DNA from: Chrysemys picta bellii
Lineage: Eukaryota
Direction of reading: 5' to 3'
Assembly (NCBI RefSeq): GCF_011386835.1
Contig: NC_088815.1
Location: 14,632,001-14,696,000 of the forward strand
DNA: 64,000 nucleotides
Part shown: positions 1 to 13,330 of the stretch, in pieces
Layout of the letters: each line of letters opens with the position of its first letter
Position numbering within the stretch: position 1 is the stretch's first letter
Made by a program: the position numbers and the translations under genes
Notes under the pieces: model-generated
What the model was told of the DNA's origin: nothing
Databases searched by the model: none
Seen by the model: only the letters and a program-made list of their open reading frames with translations

Positions 1-227
1 GTCTCCTAAGTTCCCCAGGATGGGCAGTTCACTAAAGATCTCCATCAGGCAAACAATTTTGGCTGGTCCCTGAAGGGGGCATTCAAGACACTGCTGGCCC
101 TATGTGGAATCTTAACTGAAAACAGACCAACGGGCTTGATGGGGGGGGGGCAATGAATTTCTCCCCCGCTTGGCATCAGTGTTTCTTTTTAAAATTAATT
201 TCTTTAACCCCAGTCATAAGCAGGCTA

Positions 228-587
<360 letters not shown>

Positions 588-779
588 TCACCTGAGCGGC
601 TCCAACTCACAGAGGTGTTGTCCGAACTCTGAGATCGGACTGAACGGTCTGGCCGTTGCTTTCCAGCATGCCGAGTCTTTTCTGTGGGGCAGAGACGACG
701 AGGGCTTCCCACCCCCCCTTAAAGAAACTGGATATTGGAAAAGCCCCGCGCAGCTACCGAGCCCTTCCCCCTACAGTAT

Positions 780-2140
780 AGGTCATTCGTAGGTTTATAA
801 ATTCCGAGTCCCAAAGGGACTACCGTGATCACCTAGTCTGAGCTCCTGGTCAGCATGGGGCGGAGAACGTCTCCAAAATAATTCCGAGGGCAGATCTTTT
901 AGAAAAGCATCCAGTCTTGACTGAAAACGTGTCAGTGACAGAGAATCCATCACGACCTCAGGAAGTTGTTCCCATGGTTAATTACCCTCCCTGTCAAAAA
1001 TGTACGCCTGATTTCCAGTCTGAATTTAGCTAGCTTCTACTTCCAGCCACTGATTGGTGTTCGACCTTTCTCTGCGCGATGAAAGAGCCCATTATGAAAT
1101 ACAGTCAAAGCGGTGTTATCCGGCCCTGTGCCACCCAGAAAGCTCTAGAAACCGGCATTTCTAATCTCCATAGAAAGTCTGGTTTATAGTCCCGCTTGGC
1201 GCAGAGCTGGCAGGCTCCCTACCTGGGTCCACATGGCTCCCCGGAAGCAGTGACCTGTCCCGGCTGCTCCTAAGCAGAGGAATGGCCACGAGGGGTTCAG
1301 AGTGCAGGAGGGGGTGCTAGATCTGTGGGGTGCTCACCTTGGGCGGCTCCCCGCAAGCAGTGACCTGTCCCGGCTGCTCCTAGGCGGAGGAACGGCCACG
1401 AGGGGTTCAGAGTGCAGGAGGGGGTGCGGGATGGGGGTGCTAGATCTGTGGGGTGCTCACCTTGGGCGGCTCCCCGCAAGCAGTGACCTGTCCCGGCTGC
1501 TCCTAAGCGGAGGAACGGCCACGAGGGGTTCAGAGTGCAGGAGGGGGTGTGGGGTGGGGGTGCTAGATCTGTGGGGCGCTCAGCTTGGGCGGCTCCCCGC
1601 AAGCAGTGACCTGTCCCGGCTGCTCTTAGGCGGAGGCGCGGCAGGCTGGTCTGCCCCTGCTCTGCCCCAGGTGCTGGCTCGGCAGCTCCCATTGGCCAGG
1701 AACCGCAGCCAATGGGAGCTGCGAGGACAGCGCCTGTGGGTGGAGGCAGCGCGCAGACCTGCCTGTCGCACCTCCACCTAGGAGCAGCCGGGCCAGGTCA
1801 CTGCTTGTGGGGAGCCGCCCAAGGTGAGTGCCCCTCGGATCCGGTACCTCAAGCCCCGTCCCACACCTCCTCCCATGCCCCAATCTCCTGCCCTGCACCC
1901 AAACCCCTCTCTCTTAGTTAACCAGCACTTTTCCCTTACCAGCACCCCCTATTCCCCCAACATGCCGGATAAAACAGCTTTTACTGTATTTGTTTCCTGG
2001 GTAGATACTTAGACTGTGATCAAGTCACTTCTTAACCTTCTTTTTGTTAAAATAAATACATTGAGCTCCTGGAGTCTATCACTATCAGGCAGGTTTTCGA
2101 ACCCTTTAATCATTCTCGTGGCTCTTCTCTGAACCCTCTG
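780..2140 (-). mobile_element. CR1 LINE 3' fragment, interrupted at 1102-1986 by a DNA transposon
   Basis: Starts with the reverse complement of a CR1 3' end. The sequence continues after 1988 with the same motifs as the CR1 copy at 36.9-37.9 kb (tgatcaagtcac...aacct). Confidence 0.7.
1102..1986. mobile_element. Non-autonomous Tc1/mariner-type DNA transposon with GC-rich internal tandem repeats
   Basis: 23-bp TIRs matching at 20/23 (CAGTCAAAGCGGTGTTATCCGGC vs CAGTAAAAGCTGTTTTATCCGGC). TA on both sides (1100-1101, 1987-1988). Internal units start at 1247, 1357, 1480 and 1603, with an inverted copy near 1779-1832. Confidence 0.85.
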
Positions 2141-2950
2141 GGGTAGCAGCTTCCCCCTGGATTAAACACCCCACGCAGCAAGGAATTTTGCTTTGTCCAG
2201 AAGCTAACAATAAACCCTCCACTGCTTCAGGACTGTAACTGACCTATTTCTAAAGGCCCCAGTCAAACGAGGGAGCAGCCCGAGGACAATGCAGCACGGA
2301 GTAAAAATACGGGTGGATTATGCAGCCCAGCGATAAGGCGGATCTCAAATTACCAATATGCAGATCTTTAATTACAAACAGCTATTGCGAGTCGCAAGAT
2401 AAGGCTCTTTAAGCTCCTGACTTAGCCTACAGATGGCTTGATCAGAACTGTCTGATAATTGATGGTACATTAACCTTGCAAAAGTGTTTTTCTATCTGTT
2501 TTGTTCCCCTGGAAAAAAACCAGCTGATAAATCCATCAGTAAAACCACCCTTCTGTGAAGACCTGAGATGGCGATTGGCTGGATGGAAATCCGAATTGCC
2601 CTGGGGTCGGCAGAGACTTTTCAGCGACAATGATCTTGCTGTCAGATTGATACCGTAACTAGCGCAATGGGAAGGGGCGGCGGGGAAGAGAGAGGGGTGC
2701 TCAAAGTGTAGGAGCAAGTTTTGTGACCCGATTTCCAGGGTTAAGTCCAACAGAGGTGGCCCCTTCATCCCAGAGGGGCTGGGGGAGACCAAGGGAAAGC
2801 GCTTTGCTTTGTTCCATCAAAACATGGCTGACTAAGCTGAGCGCTTGCCAGGCACAGCTACGCTCTGTGCTGTGTGGCCAGGAGAGGTCCGCGCAGGGCA
2901 CTCAATTTTGGGAGAAATCCAGAGGGGCATCTTCGCCCAACCGCCAGCTA

Positions 2951-3154
<204 letters not shown>

Positions 3155-4004
3155 TCAGCCTTCAGAGGGCTTTGCAGTCATAAGAATATTCCTCTCCACC
3201 CCCTGGTTCAGTAGCATTAGCTGCATTTTGCACATGGGGAAACCGAGGCATGGACTGGTGGCGTGACTTGCCCAAGGTCACAGAGCAGGAGAAGAGGTCA
3301 GAGGGGTTCCTGGCTACCACTCCTATGCTCAGGCCGCATGTCACCTGTCCCCCACTGCTCCCAGGGGAGCATGTGTGTCCTTAAAACAATTCAGTGCTCC
3401 CGAAGAGAGAGGCACTTCCCAGTTTGCTCCTGTACCACTCTGTGTGTTGCTCTCTTGGGCCTGGAACACTGGCTCAGAGCCTGGCCTCAGGGAGGAAGGG
3501 AACAACAAGGCTCCAGGAGGGATATAGGGGAAGGAAAACAAATCAAGAAGATAATGGAGGGAAATACAAAATGAATTTTAGAGAAGAATTTGGTGCTACG
3601 AAGTGTGGGAGCACGACCTGATCCCTGGGGAAGAAGGGGTTAATCTCAGCCTCCCCTTCGCCTTGCATAGAGGCAGGCGATCTACTGACTGCTTGTGAGA
3701 CAGAGGTTGGCCGTTATCAGTGGGGAAGAAGAATACTACCCCGCTGGTACTCCAACCAGAGGAGTCTGGGGTTGTGTGAACTGGGCTTGGCTTCCAGTTA
3801 GAACTAGCCCCGCTTGGGGAAAACCTTCTGCGATGGCACCTGGGGTTTGTGCCTCTTGAAGCAACGGAGGGGACCAGCTAGGTACGTGCTTAGGACTCTG
3901 TGCAGCCATTAAAGTTCTACATCAAAAACTTAAATTGTCCCTAAAAACCAGGATAAAATGGGGGAAGGAGACGGAGAGACAGACTTGAAGTTTGATGCAC
4001 GCAC

Positions 4005-4070
4005 CTTTTCGGAGATACTCTTTCAGCTGACTGAGTTCACCCTGAGCAGCCAACTGGTGGATGGACAAAG
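4005..4070 (-). CDS. RFXANK: RFXANK coding exon (66 bp): (T)[21 protein letters not shown](G)
   Basis: Acceptor caacaccag| and donor |gtgcgt. Phase 1-1. Matches [29 protein letters not shown]. Confidence 0.96.
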
Positions 4071-4448
4071 CTGGTGTTGGAAAAGAAACAAAACGTTAGA
4101 ATTACATCTTTTCGTATTTGCTGTCTGGAGATACAGGTAAGTACGTGTACAGCCTATGCAAGATCAGGGCTGGCCTAAGCAAGCAGCTGCATTATGGCTT
4201 CACATTCTGTGCTCTGGTGGGAGCGTGGGGTAGAATCAACTGAGCCAAAATGGGTGAATTAGGAGTTGGGGTTTCTTTCTCCTCACTAATCCTGCTCAGA
4301 AAACTTCCTCTCACTGAAACGGGATAAAATAAGAAACGTTATTGGGATAAAGATCACATCTGTGTTAAAACAAAACAAACAAACAAAAACCTCTTACCTA
4401 TTAATAGCTCTACTCCCAGCCATCACACCAAAAATAATTCTGAGATGC

Positions 4449-4608
4449 GGGGGAGGGGAGCTCAGTGTTGAGCATTGGCCTGCTAAACCCAGGGTTGTGA
4501 GTTCAATCCTTGAGGGGGCCACTTAGGGGATCTGGGGCAAAAATCTGTCAGGGGATTGGACTAGATGACCTCCTGAGGTCCCTTCCAACCCTGATATCCT
4601 ATGATTCT
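4449..4608 (+). mobile_element. tRNA-derived SINE with a CR1-derived 3' tail (tortoise pol III/SINE type)
   Basis: A-box-like gctcagtgttga, B-box gagttcaatcc, then the CR1 tail ggactagatgacctcctgaggtcccttccaaccctgatatcctatgattct. Confidence 0.85.
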
Positions 4609-5372
4609 AACCCATTGGAGGACTTCCTACTGCATTGAGTCACTGCAACTCTTCATGCATATTAGTTAGACCCGTGTTTAAATGTCTGCCGGACGGAGGC
4701 CTTGCCTTTCACCACCAGTGCTGCCACTTGGCATCCATTTGCACAATTAGCCACAAACTGACTGTCTTTAGCTAGTTTTGCGTTCAAGTTCCTCTGCACT
4801 AGCACTGCCCTGCAATGTTTGGGGTGCAGGAGCTGCAGGGATGTTCACATCTAAACAAAAACAATCCCGGATTTTTGTTTTTTTGTTTCATACAAACATT
4901 GCTACATTGACATTTTGGTTTGATAAACATTTTGTTTTTAAAAAATGTATCTGTTCAACCTAATCTTTAACTAGCTGAGCGTCCCATTAATACGAGGCAA
5001 ATACAAACAACACAAATACAATCAAATATCCGACCTGATCTTGTTTGAAAGATTTACAACAAAGTTCACAGCAACTGGGGAGCTATAAAAACATGGGGAA
5101 ATTACACTTTTTTCCTACCATCACTTACCAGGCTAGTTGTGTTAAAACTACCCTGCTATTTGTTAACTAGTGCGGGAGAGGAGCGCCGACATATCATTAA
5201 AACAAAGGGAATGGAGTAAAAATGCTCTGGGAACAATTTTACTGTAAGAGAGAGATACAAGGACAATGTTCTGCTGGATGCCCTGATTAGCACCCCATTG
5301 CAGAAACATCGGGAGTGCCCCATGTGACTGGCAGGAGAAAAGGAGGAAGAGTGAACATCTACTGGTGTCTTA

Positions 5373-5774
<402 letters not shown>

Positions 5775-7333
5775 CTATCCCGCAGGATTCTGGGACGGTC
5801 ACCATGAAGCCTAGAACGGCCGAGTCAGCGTGAAGCGAGGGGAGCAGCTACAAGCGTCGCTGACGACTCTGTGTTCGGAATATCGCCAGGGTCAATCGTC
5901 CGTGGGGCTCGCAGTTTGTTACCACCCAGGAAGGTCTCAGCCATTCTGACTTTACAGATGACACCAGGGGACAGCCCGGACGTTCAGCCACAGTAAAGCG
6001 TGTATCTATGCCAAAGCAGGAGTCCTAGACCATTGTGGAAGTTCCCTGACTCTCAACGTTCCTTTGCTGTTCGCAAACAGCTGTGAAACCGGGGCATTTT
6101 TTCCACAGGACCCCTGCCTTATTCACTGCACAGGCTGGATGTACTCGGGTTGTGCAGAGGAGGCTGCTGTCTGTAAGGCCCCTGTCTCATTTGTTGTAGA
6201 AGCTGGCAGGTGTGCAGCAACGGAGGCAGGGGACTGCAGGAAGAGCACGCAGGGTCTCATGGTTAAGGTGGTCGAATGCAGCCCTGGAGAACTGGATTCT
6301 ACCCCTGCTTCTGCCACAGAGTTCCTGTGTGATGCTGGGCAAGTCACTTACATCAGACTTTACGCGGGTGGCCACTAATTGCGCATGCCTCGTTTTCTAG
6401 GGGCCCACTCTGACCCCCTGGGGTCTGACATACAGAAGAGCTGAAGTCAATGGGAGCTGTTCTTTGAACGTCTGAAATGTTCTTTAAGGCTAAGGCCTCT
6501 GACAAATCAGCCCTCGCCCTTTCCGATTGGGCACCCACAATTATTGGACACTTCTGATCCTAGTCTCTCTGTGCTTCAGTTCCCCACCTGTACTATGGTA
6601 ACAATAATCCCCTCAGTGCACAGGAGTGTTATGTCTGTAAAACACTCCGAGGCCATAGTGGAGCGTATTGCAGAAAAGCTCACGAGGAAATTATAATTCT
6701 GTAGTCGGAGCAGGGTTTGAATAGTGCGCAGTAAATAAGGCCTGGGGCCAGACACCGAACAGTGAGAAGAAAACAGAATATCGAATAGCTGCTCATTCGT
6801 ATAGCACCACCCATCCTGAGCACTGCATGAGGCAGGTTTCGGTGTTAAAAATAGCATGTGCTCACGTCATTAAATACTGTGTCCTAATGCACACGCACAC
6901 GGCGGGCCAAGTTAGGTTGCACAGGCAATCTTAATTCTGGCATTTCCTAACTTCTGAAAGCTTGACTTTCTAACCTGAATGTTTATTTACCATATTTTAA
7001 TGCAATTTCCTAAGGTCTTTAAAAAAGGAAAACGTGGAAAAATTTAAAAAAAAAAAAACACCCCAAAAATCCATGATCTTTGGATTCACAGCACAGTCCT
7101 CTACTATGTGAACTAATGGAGTAACTGGCAGCAGTAGAAGCTATTATCTTCTATGTGGCCCTGCCCCTAGAGGGGGACAAGACTCACACTTTGTTAGTGG
7201 GATTCACAGATATTTGCTGAACACCAAAGAAATGCCAAGACTCCGAAGTCTTGGATCACAGCCTTTCCCATGAGCATTTCACAGCAGAAGTTGTGCCTCT
7301 GAGAATGTGATCTTGCAGCCCTGCGATACTCAC

Positions 7334-7417
7334 TGTCGAGGGTTGCTGGAAGGGCAGAGACCTCGTTGCCTCTCTGTCTGTCTGTCACGGTGGTCGAGTG
7401 ATTCAGGGAAGCACCTG
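7334..7417 (-). CDS. RFXANK: Duplicated RFXANK exon, copy B (84 bp, or 81 bp from the distal AG): [28 protein letters not shown]. Alternative exon, tandem exon or pseudoexon.
   Basis: 75/81 nt identical to copy A, 1740 bp away. T tract, aaag|cag| NAGNAG acceptor and |gtgagt donor are intact. No stop or frameshift. Whether it is spliced cannot be determined from DNA. Confidence 0.55.
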
Positions 7418-8406
7418 CTTTGTTTTTAAAAAAAAAAAAAAAAAAAAAGTTAAACACTGGTTGAGAAGGTGAGTTGTTTCTCGCTGAAGACAGAATCTGG
7501 GCTAGTGATGTTTCCCAAAAAGGGACTGATGCTATATACCATAATGCAACGAACAAGGTTACACAGCACCCATCTTCCAAGCGCTATACGATTACTAGCT
7601 AACCCTTAGGGAATAAATAAATCTTCCTCCCTGTTTTACCGAGAGGAACCAGACTGGAGTTTAAGGCCCAAATCTTCAAAAGTAGCTGTCGACTTTTGGA
7701 TGCCCAACTTGAGATACCAGGGCCAGTGTCACTCCATTAGAAGTCGATGAAGGCTGCAGCGTGCAGTAGCGGTAAATGCCAGGCCTGTGGGGTCTCAAAC
7801 AGGACACCCACAAACTGTGACATTCACAAATCTGTGACCACTTTTGCTATCTTTGACCTGAGTGACTTGATCAAGGCTGCATAGAGCTAGGGTTAGAATT
7901 CAGGAGCTTCGAGTTCCCAGTCCTATGTTCAGTCCTCTAATAACACAACCCACATGGCCTGACCCCCACGCTCCTGCTCCAGCCACAGTAAACTTTGCTG
8001 CTGCTTCTCACTCGTACCATTGTGGAACAGCTGTCCCAGAGGCTGAGGGTCCTTTGGGTGCTATTCGTGCACTGCTTGTACGAAAGCACCACTTACTATC
8101 CATTTGTTCCTCAGTTATTTGAATGATAGAAGTGGGTTTAGTTCACAGCGGCTGGCCAGAGTCCCCCTGGGGTGGACTTTATAAGCCCAGGAAGTATGTA
8201 AAGGGACGGGTTAATAAAGTGGCATGGAGATAATCAGCCATTCCAGACAACGCTTCCTGCACTCCCTCTTCTTCTCTCCTAAGATCACAGCGAGGGATTT
8301 TCCTCTGCTGCTGGGTTTATCTCCCACTCATGGTGCCCAGTGACTACCAGTTTCTGGATCCATTCCTCCCAGCCATTCCCCACCCCATCAACCCCAAGCA
8401 ACTCAC

Positions 8407-8548
8407 CGGTTTGCGCAGCAAGGCCTTGGTCAAGATCTGGATTGGCATCGTCCTGCATGCCTGGATACAAATGCAGACGCACTGTCGCTGAGCTGTTCTG
8501 ATCCCCACCAGCAGCCTTGTCCAGATCTCCTGGTGGGATATCTTCCAT
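8407..8548 (-). CDS. RFXANK: RFXANK first coding exon (142 coding bp): MEDIPPGDLDKAAGGDQNSSATVRLHLYPGMQDDANPDLDQGLAAQT
   Basis: ATG in good Kozak context (acgATGG) with in-frame stops just upstream. Donor ACCG|gtgagt gives phase 1, in frame with the next exon. Weak similarity to the human N-terminus (SDTVVLSLFP vs SATVRLHLYP). Confidence 0.85.
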
Positions 8549-9229
8549 CGTTCAGCGTTACGCTCCTTCAGGCGCTTAGTGGTGCTTCTGCTGATTACAG
8601 AGCCCTCCGCAGAGGGGTTGGTGACTGTTTTTTCGCCGTCCCCGGATACAGCTGCTGTTACTTTCCCGTCCTTAATATTTCCTTGTGTAACAGACAAAAT
8701 ACCTTTTACAGAGATGGACGTAGACCTACGTATGGACACTCCTACCACGGAATGGGCTTCCAAAGAGCTTGACCAGAGTGAAACTCCCCGTGGAACTAAT
8801 AACTTATTAAAGAAGGCAGGAGCACAGCTGGGGATTGGAGGGTATATGCTGCAATTATGATTAAAAGTGGATCTGTTCTGCAGAGCCTGTCTGTGGGCAT
8901 AATTTGGAGCCAACTGAAATCTAGAGGAGTTCTGGCACTGGTTTAAATGGGATTAGGGTTGGGATAAATCAGAGACTTGTGTCTGCACACCCGCTGGTGC
9001 ACTTCTCCTTGCCAAATCACTTGCTCTCGGCACTGAGGTTTGAGCAAGTCAGTGTCGATCAGAAACTCAGAGTTCATTTGTGAAGTCCTATTACGCTGAT
9101 TAAGATCTATGTGTAGTAGTAGCTGTGTGGCTCCCAGGATATAGAGACAAGGTGGAGGAGGCCATATCTTATATTATAGTTGGTCCAATTAAAGATATGG
9201 CCTCACCCACCCTGGCTCTCTAGTTACTC

Positions 9230-9470
9230 TCTAAGATAACTTATATGGCTCCCATTACTACAGTATGTGAGCACCTCACTATCTTTAAATGCACTTTCTT
9301 TCCCCCCCCCATGCTGAAAAGACATGCAAGTCATCCCCTTATACAGATGGGGAAATTGAGGCACGGAGAAGCTAAGCGACTTGCCCAATGCCACGCAGGA
9401 AGTCTTTGACAGAACTAGGAATTGAACCTGGGGCTCCCAAGTCCAAGGAGTCAGTACCCAAAAATCGGAC
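9230..9470 (-). mobile_element. MIR-like CORE-SINE
   Basis: Reverse CORE motif acagatggggaaattgaggcac...gacttgccca. Boundaries approximate. Confidence 0.7.
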
Positions 9471-10984
9471 TCTCGGGATTTCCAGCTCCAACCATCAGAC
9501 ACACTTTGGCCTCTTGCACTGAAGAGTTGACGTTAGTTTCCCCAAGCCCCTGTAGAAATGCTTCTAGGTCAACCCAAGACATCACCAAGGGAAGGAAAAA
9601 CCTTCCAGTGGTAACAGTTGAGTTTAACGGCACTACGCTAGCGAAGCACCCAAGTTGTGCAAAGCCTGGACCCCAATCCTAACCCCTCTCCTGGGCCAGC
9701 CCCCGCCTGCATCTTAGGCCCACATCAGGCGTACAGAGGACACCAGTCAGAGGGTCCCAGCCCTGGGGAGGCGACTCCCAGCCCAGATTGGCTCCGTGCC
9801 TCTCTTGCTGGCTGGGTTCATGGGGAGCTGTTGGCTCCAGACTCTCCCCCCTCCCCGCCCATTGCAGTAACTCGCAAAGCCTGGTCACGCAGCCAATCCA
9901 GCTGCCAGAGGGCAAAGACTCCGCTAATGGGTATGGTCCCCTTGGGCATGTGGGCACCTGTTGGCACATCCCACTGCAAGGGGGCAAGGCAGGGCCTAGC
10001 GGGGCTGAAGGCAGCATGAGCAACGTGAGCAACGTGGGCATCGCCCTCCCTCCCCCCCCCCCCCCAAGCCACTGCCTGGCGAGCTGCACCAACTTCTCTC
10101 TTTGCATCCGCTCCCCAGCGACCTTTCCCCACCTGCTGCCCTGTCTACCCGCCCCTCTGGCCAGGCAGAGCCCCGCGCTGCCCCCGCGGCTGGGGGCACC
10201 CACCGCATCCTTGCACCCACCGCATCCTTGCACCCGGCGAGGCCAGCTGCCCCCCACCCCTTCCTCACTCCGAACTGAAAGTAACTTTGTTGTCCCACAA
10301 TGCACCTGAGCCCCGCAGCAGTGGCTGCTGGTGCAGAGCCGGAGCCCGCCTGGCCCTTTAAGAGTTCCGATGGGGCTGCAGTGGGGGGAGCAGCTCTGAG
10401 TGGGGCGCGTGCATTGCAAAGCTGGGGGCTGGGGGGCGTGGAGAGAAGGCTGCTCTGCACCGGCTTGGAGCCCCTATCAGCTGACCCGCGGTGGGACGGG
10501 CTTCGCACACAGCCTGGCTTTAAAGGGACAGTCCCTCTCTTTCGGACCTGGTTACGCGGCCCCGCAGCAAGGGGTAACCCCGTCCGGCTGGAGATGCACA
10601 GATGCCAAGGGTGTGTGTGTGGGGGGGGAGTTTATACGGAGACTCGCCTTCCCCCTTATTGCAGGGTAGGTCTGTGGACTCTCTGGGGGTGCAGATAGGA
10701 CCAAAGCTGGACTGATGATGGACCCTTATTAATGCTTGAACTGGTGCGGTCTGTGCAAACGGCCTGGAGAGCTCAAACCAGAGTGATGCAAACCCAGAAT
10801 CTGTCACCTGGGTTATTGCTGTTTGTAACACACCCTTGCCCAGAGGTGCCAGTTGTTGGCTCCCATTGCGCCAGGTGCTGGAGGAAGCCAGGCCTTGAGC
10901 TAGCATGGGAGGGCGGCCTGGGTAGGAGACAAGGCGGGTGTGGTACTACTTTAGATGCCAAGGTGCCTGGATTCCAGATCTCGT

Positions 10985-11400
10985 TTATTATTATTGCATC
11001 CTGCACAGGGTGGAAACTAGTCCCACTCCCTGCCATTTGCGGCTGCTTCCAGCTGCTCTGCGGTGTTAAGAACTGTCCCGCCCTCCCTGCTAAGGGGTCT
11101 TCTTAAGCTTTCTTTTGGGCGCCCTCCTTTCCTCACCCCAGTTGGTGAACAGCTTCCTGTGGGAGTCTGCATTGGTCTCCAGTGTACATGCCCTCCATGT
11201 GTCCAGCGCTTCCTTCTGATTCTAGTGGAGGTGAGCTGCTGGTTGGTGATTTCTTGGATCTCTTTGTTGCTGATGAAATCTTTCCATCCAGTGCCCAGGA
11301 TATTCCATAGGCACTTATTTTCAAAGGTGGCTAACATTTTGGTAGATCTTCTGCTCTTGCAGCTGTATGTTAGCACTGAAACTACATTTGAGTTAAAAAT
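10985..11400 (-). mobile_element. RTE-clade LINE 3' fragment
   Basis: The minus frame reads FENKCLWNILGTGWKDFISNKEIQE...RIRRKRWTHGGHV...RKGGRPKESLRR, typical of the RTE ORF C-terminus. It ends in a (TAA)n tail near 10987. Confidence 0.75.
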
Positions 11401-12839
11401 CTCTTTACTAATTGCTAATTAAAATCTCCAGTGAAAATCTCTCCTCTCCCCCACATCATAATCCATGTGTGTTCTTTCTGGGGAATCGGAATAATGGTGT
11501 GTTGCCCTTCTTTCTGTCCTGGGATCTCAGAGGTTTATGTACCTATTGAATGAAGATGAGTAATGGCAAATTACTCCTCTGTCATTCTGTTTTTTGGATC
11601 GTCTCACCGGATTCTCACTGCTGGGTCTCGTGTCTCCAGTGTGAGACATGCAGGCATCTCATTCCACCTTTCTCTCTCTAGTGACTAGCACTGCAGATCA
11701 GGAATGGGCCTTGAGTACCTAGTACGTGATTGCCTAGAGTCAGACTGTGACCCCCACACACATCACCCCCTCCTCAAAGAAAATCCAAATGGGGGGAGGG
11801 GAATGCTGGGTGGGATGAGAATCCTGCCAGACAATATCTCCAGAGAAACAGAACTACTCGTGAGCAATTTCCCCCTCTCTAAAGACACCATCTGGGCCGG
11901 ATTCTCACCAGTGGATCGTATGAACAGCCAACTGACCAAAAGACACAGGCCAAAGAAATCCTTTATGAGGCTCAGAGAGTTTGGCGCACTCTGTACAAGG
12001 TGCAGGATCACAATGCAATGCTCCCTAGAGGCCGGGGCCACACAGAATTGCTTAGTGCATATACAGAGGGTGACCTATGGTGTCCCTGGGCGTATGTCTG
12101 CCATTGAGAGCCACTTTGAGGTAAGACATATCAGCTCCTCTCCTTAGACTGAAAGAGTCTTGACCTTGTCAGGCCAGCCAGGTCACAGCAGCGTAAAGTG
12201 CCGTCAAACAAGCAAGATCGTGTGGAGCACTGGTGTCTACTTGCCTCTCTGTACACTGCTGGTGACAGCCACCAGCACTGGCCAGTGATGCCAGCTGCCC
12301 CTCTCCTGCCTCAGTGCAAAGGGGAGTCACTAAGTCTCCCCACACAAGAGGGCAGCGATAGGTAAGAGGGGGGTGAGGCTCACTGCCCATAAAACTTCTC
12401 CCACAGTGATGGAGCTACCTTGTGGAAAGGGGCAGGCATGATGGGCAGAACCCACCACCCACGCCCATACTATAATCACCAGGGGTAGCTCCCCTGGGAA
12501 TTTCCACTTGGCCCTGGTACATGGCACTGAGGGAGGGGCTCACGCTCGGAAGGCACCGATGCACCAATCTCATGATTTTTTGGAACCTGACTCATGAGTT
12601 CCGACCGCTTGGAATTAGCAGCACTAGGATGAAATCAGGGGACCTGGAAACGCTTTGGGCTTCCCCCAGCAACTGCGTTCCTTCCAGATGGGGCCCCCAA
12701 GGGTAATCATGGGTGGAATTTACAACAGCTGTCGTGATAACCCTTCACATTTAATTCTAGTGCATTCAAGGGCAGAGACAACGTCCCATTATGTCTGCCG
12801 CAGAAAATCCCTGCCTCTTAGGGCCGGCAGACGGAAGCG

Positions 12840-13330
12840 CAGTTGGGAGCTGGGGTTTGCTGGGGTGGGGAAGTCACATCCTATGGGGCCACACAGCGGG
12901 GAGGTGAGGGTCCCCCAAGGAGGGGTGGCTCACTGGCCCCAGATGGTAGCGGCCTAGGGAATGTTCAGGAACAGGGTCGGGCGAGGGAGCAAGAGAAGCG
13001 GCGGAACCTTTGCGGCGTCGCGCGGTTTCCGGAGGGGCCGTTTCGAGCGCTGCACCGCGGCGCCGGAAGTTGCCCGCGGGTTGGGATTCCGGTCCGGCTT
13101 CGGCATCCGCTACACCCCCCTCTCCCCCCGCCCGCGATGGAGGAGACCGAGATGCAGCTCAAGGTGAAAAAAGGTAAATGGCGGCGCCGGGGCCGGACCA
13201 TCCCCGGGGGCCGCGATGGGCGGGGCATGGTGGGGGGTCAGAGGGCCCCAGGAAATGCCCGGGGGGCGGGGTCAGAGGGTCTCAGGACAGTGCCCAGGCA
13301 CGCGGGAGGGGGTTATAAGGCCCTTGTGGG
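12840..13330. promoter_or_regulatory. CpG island and bidirectional promoter shared by RFXANK (-) and BORCS8 (+)
   Basis: Dense CpG. ETS/GABP-type CCGGAAGT at 13063-13070. BORCS8 ATG at 13137. A possible minus-strand donor (CCA|gtgagcc at 12932-12933) could end a non-coding RFXANK exon. The head-to-head RFXANK/BORCS8 arrangement is known in human. Confidence 0.85.
13137..13173 (+). CDS. BORCS8: BORCS8 exon 1 (37 coding bp): MEETEMQLKVKK
   Basis: cgcgATGG start and AAAG|gtaaat donor. Matches human MEEPEMQLKGKK. Confidence 0.95.

Noticed and set aside
1297-1921. Several 60-160 aa ORFs with repeated peptides
   Set aside because: They are translations of the GC-rich tandem repeats inside the TIR element, with no splice context or protein family signature.
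10014-10040. Repeated AGCAAC resembling an RFX X-box, suggesting RFXANK autoregulation
   Set aside because: Only half-sites are present, with no X2 or Y box at MHC-II S-X-Y spacing.
9657-10698. Long ORFs on both strands, up to 246 aa
   Set aside because: The GC-rich, stop-poor sequence yields overlapping low-complexity frames on both strands, with no recognisable domain.
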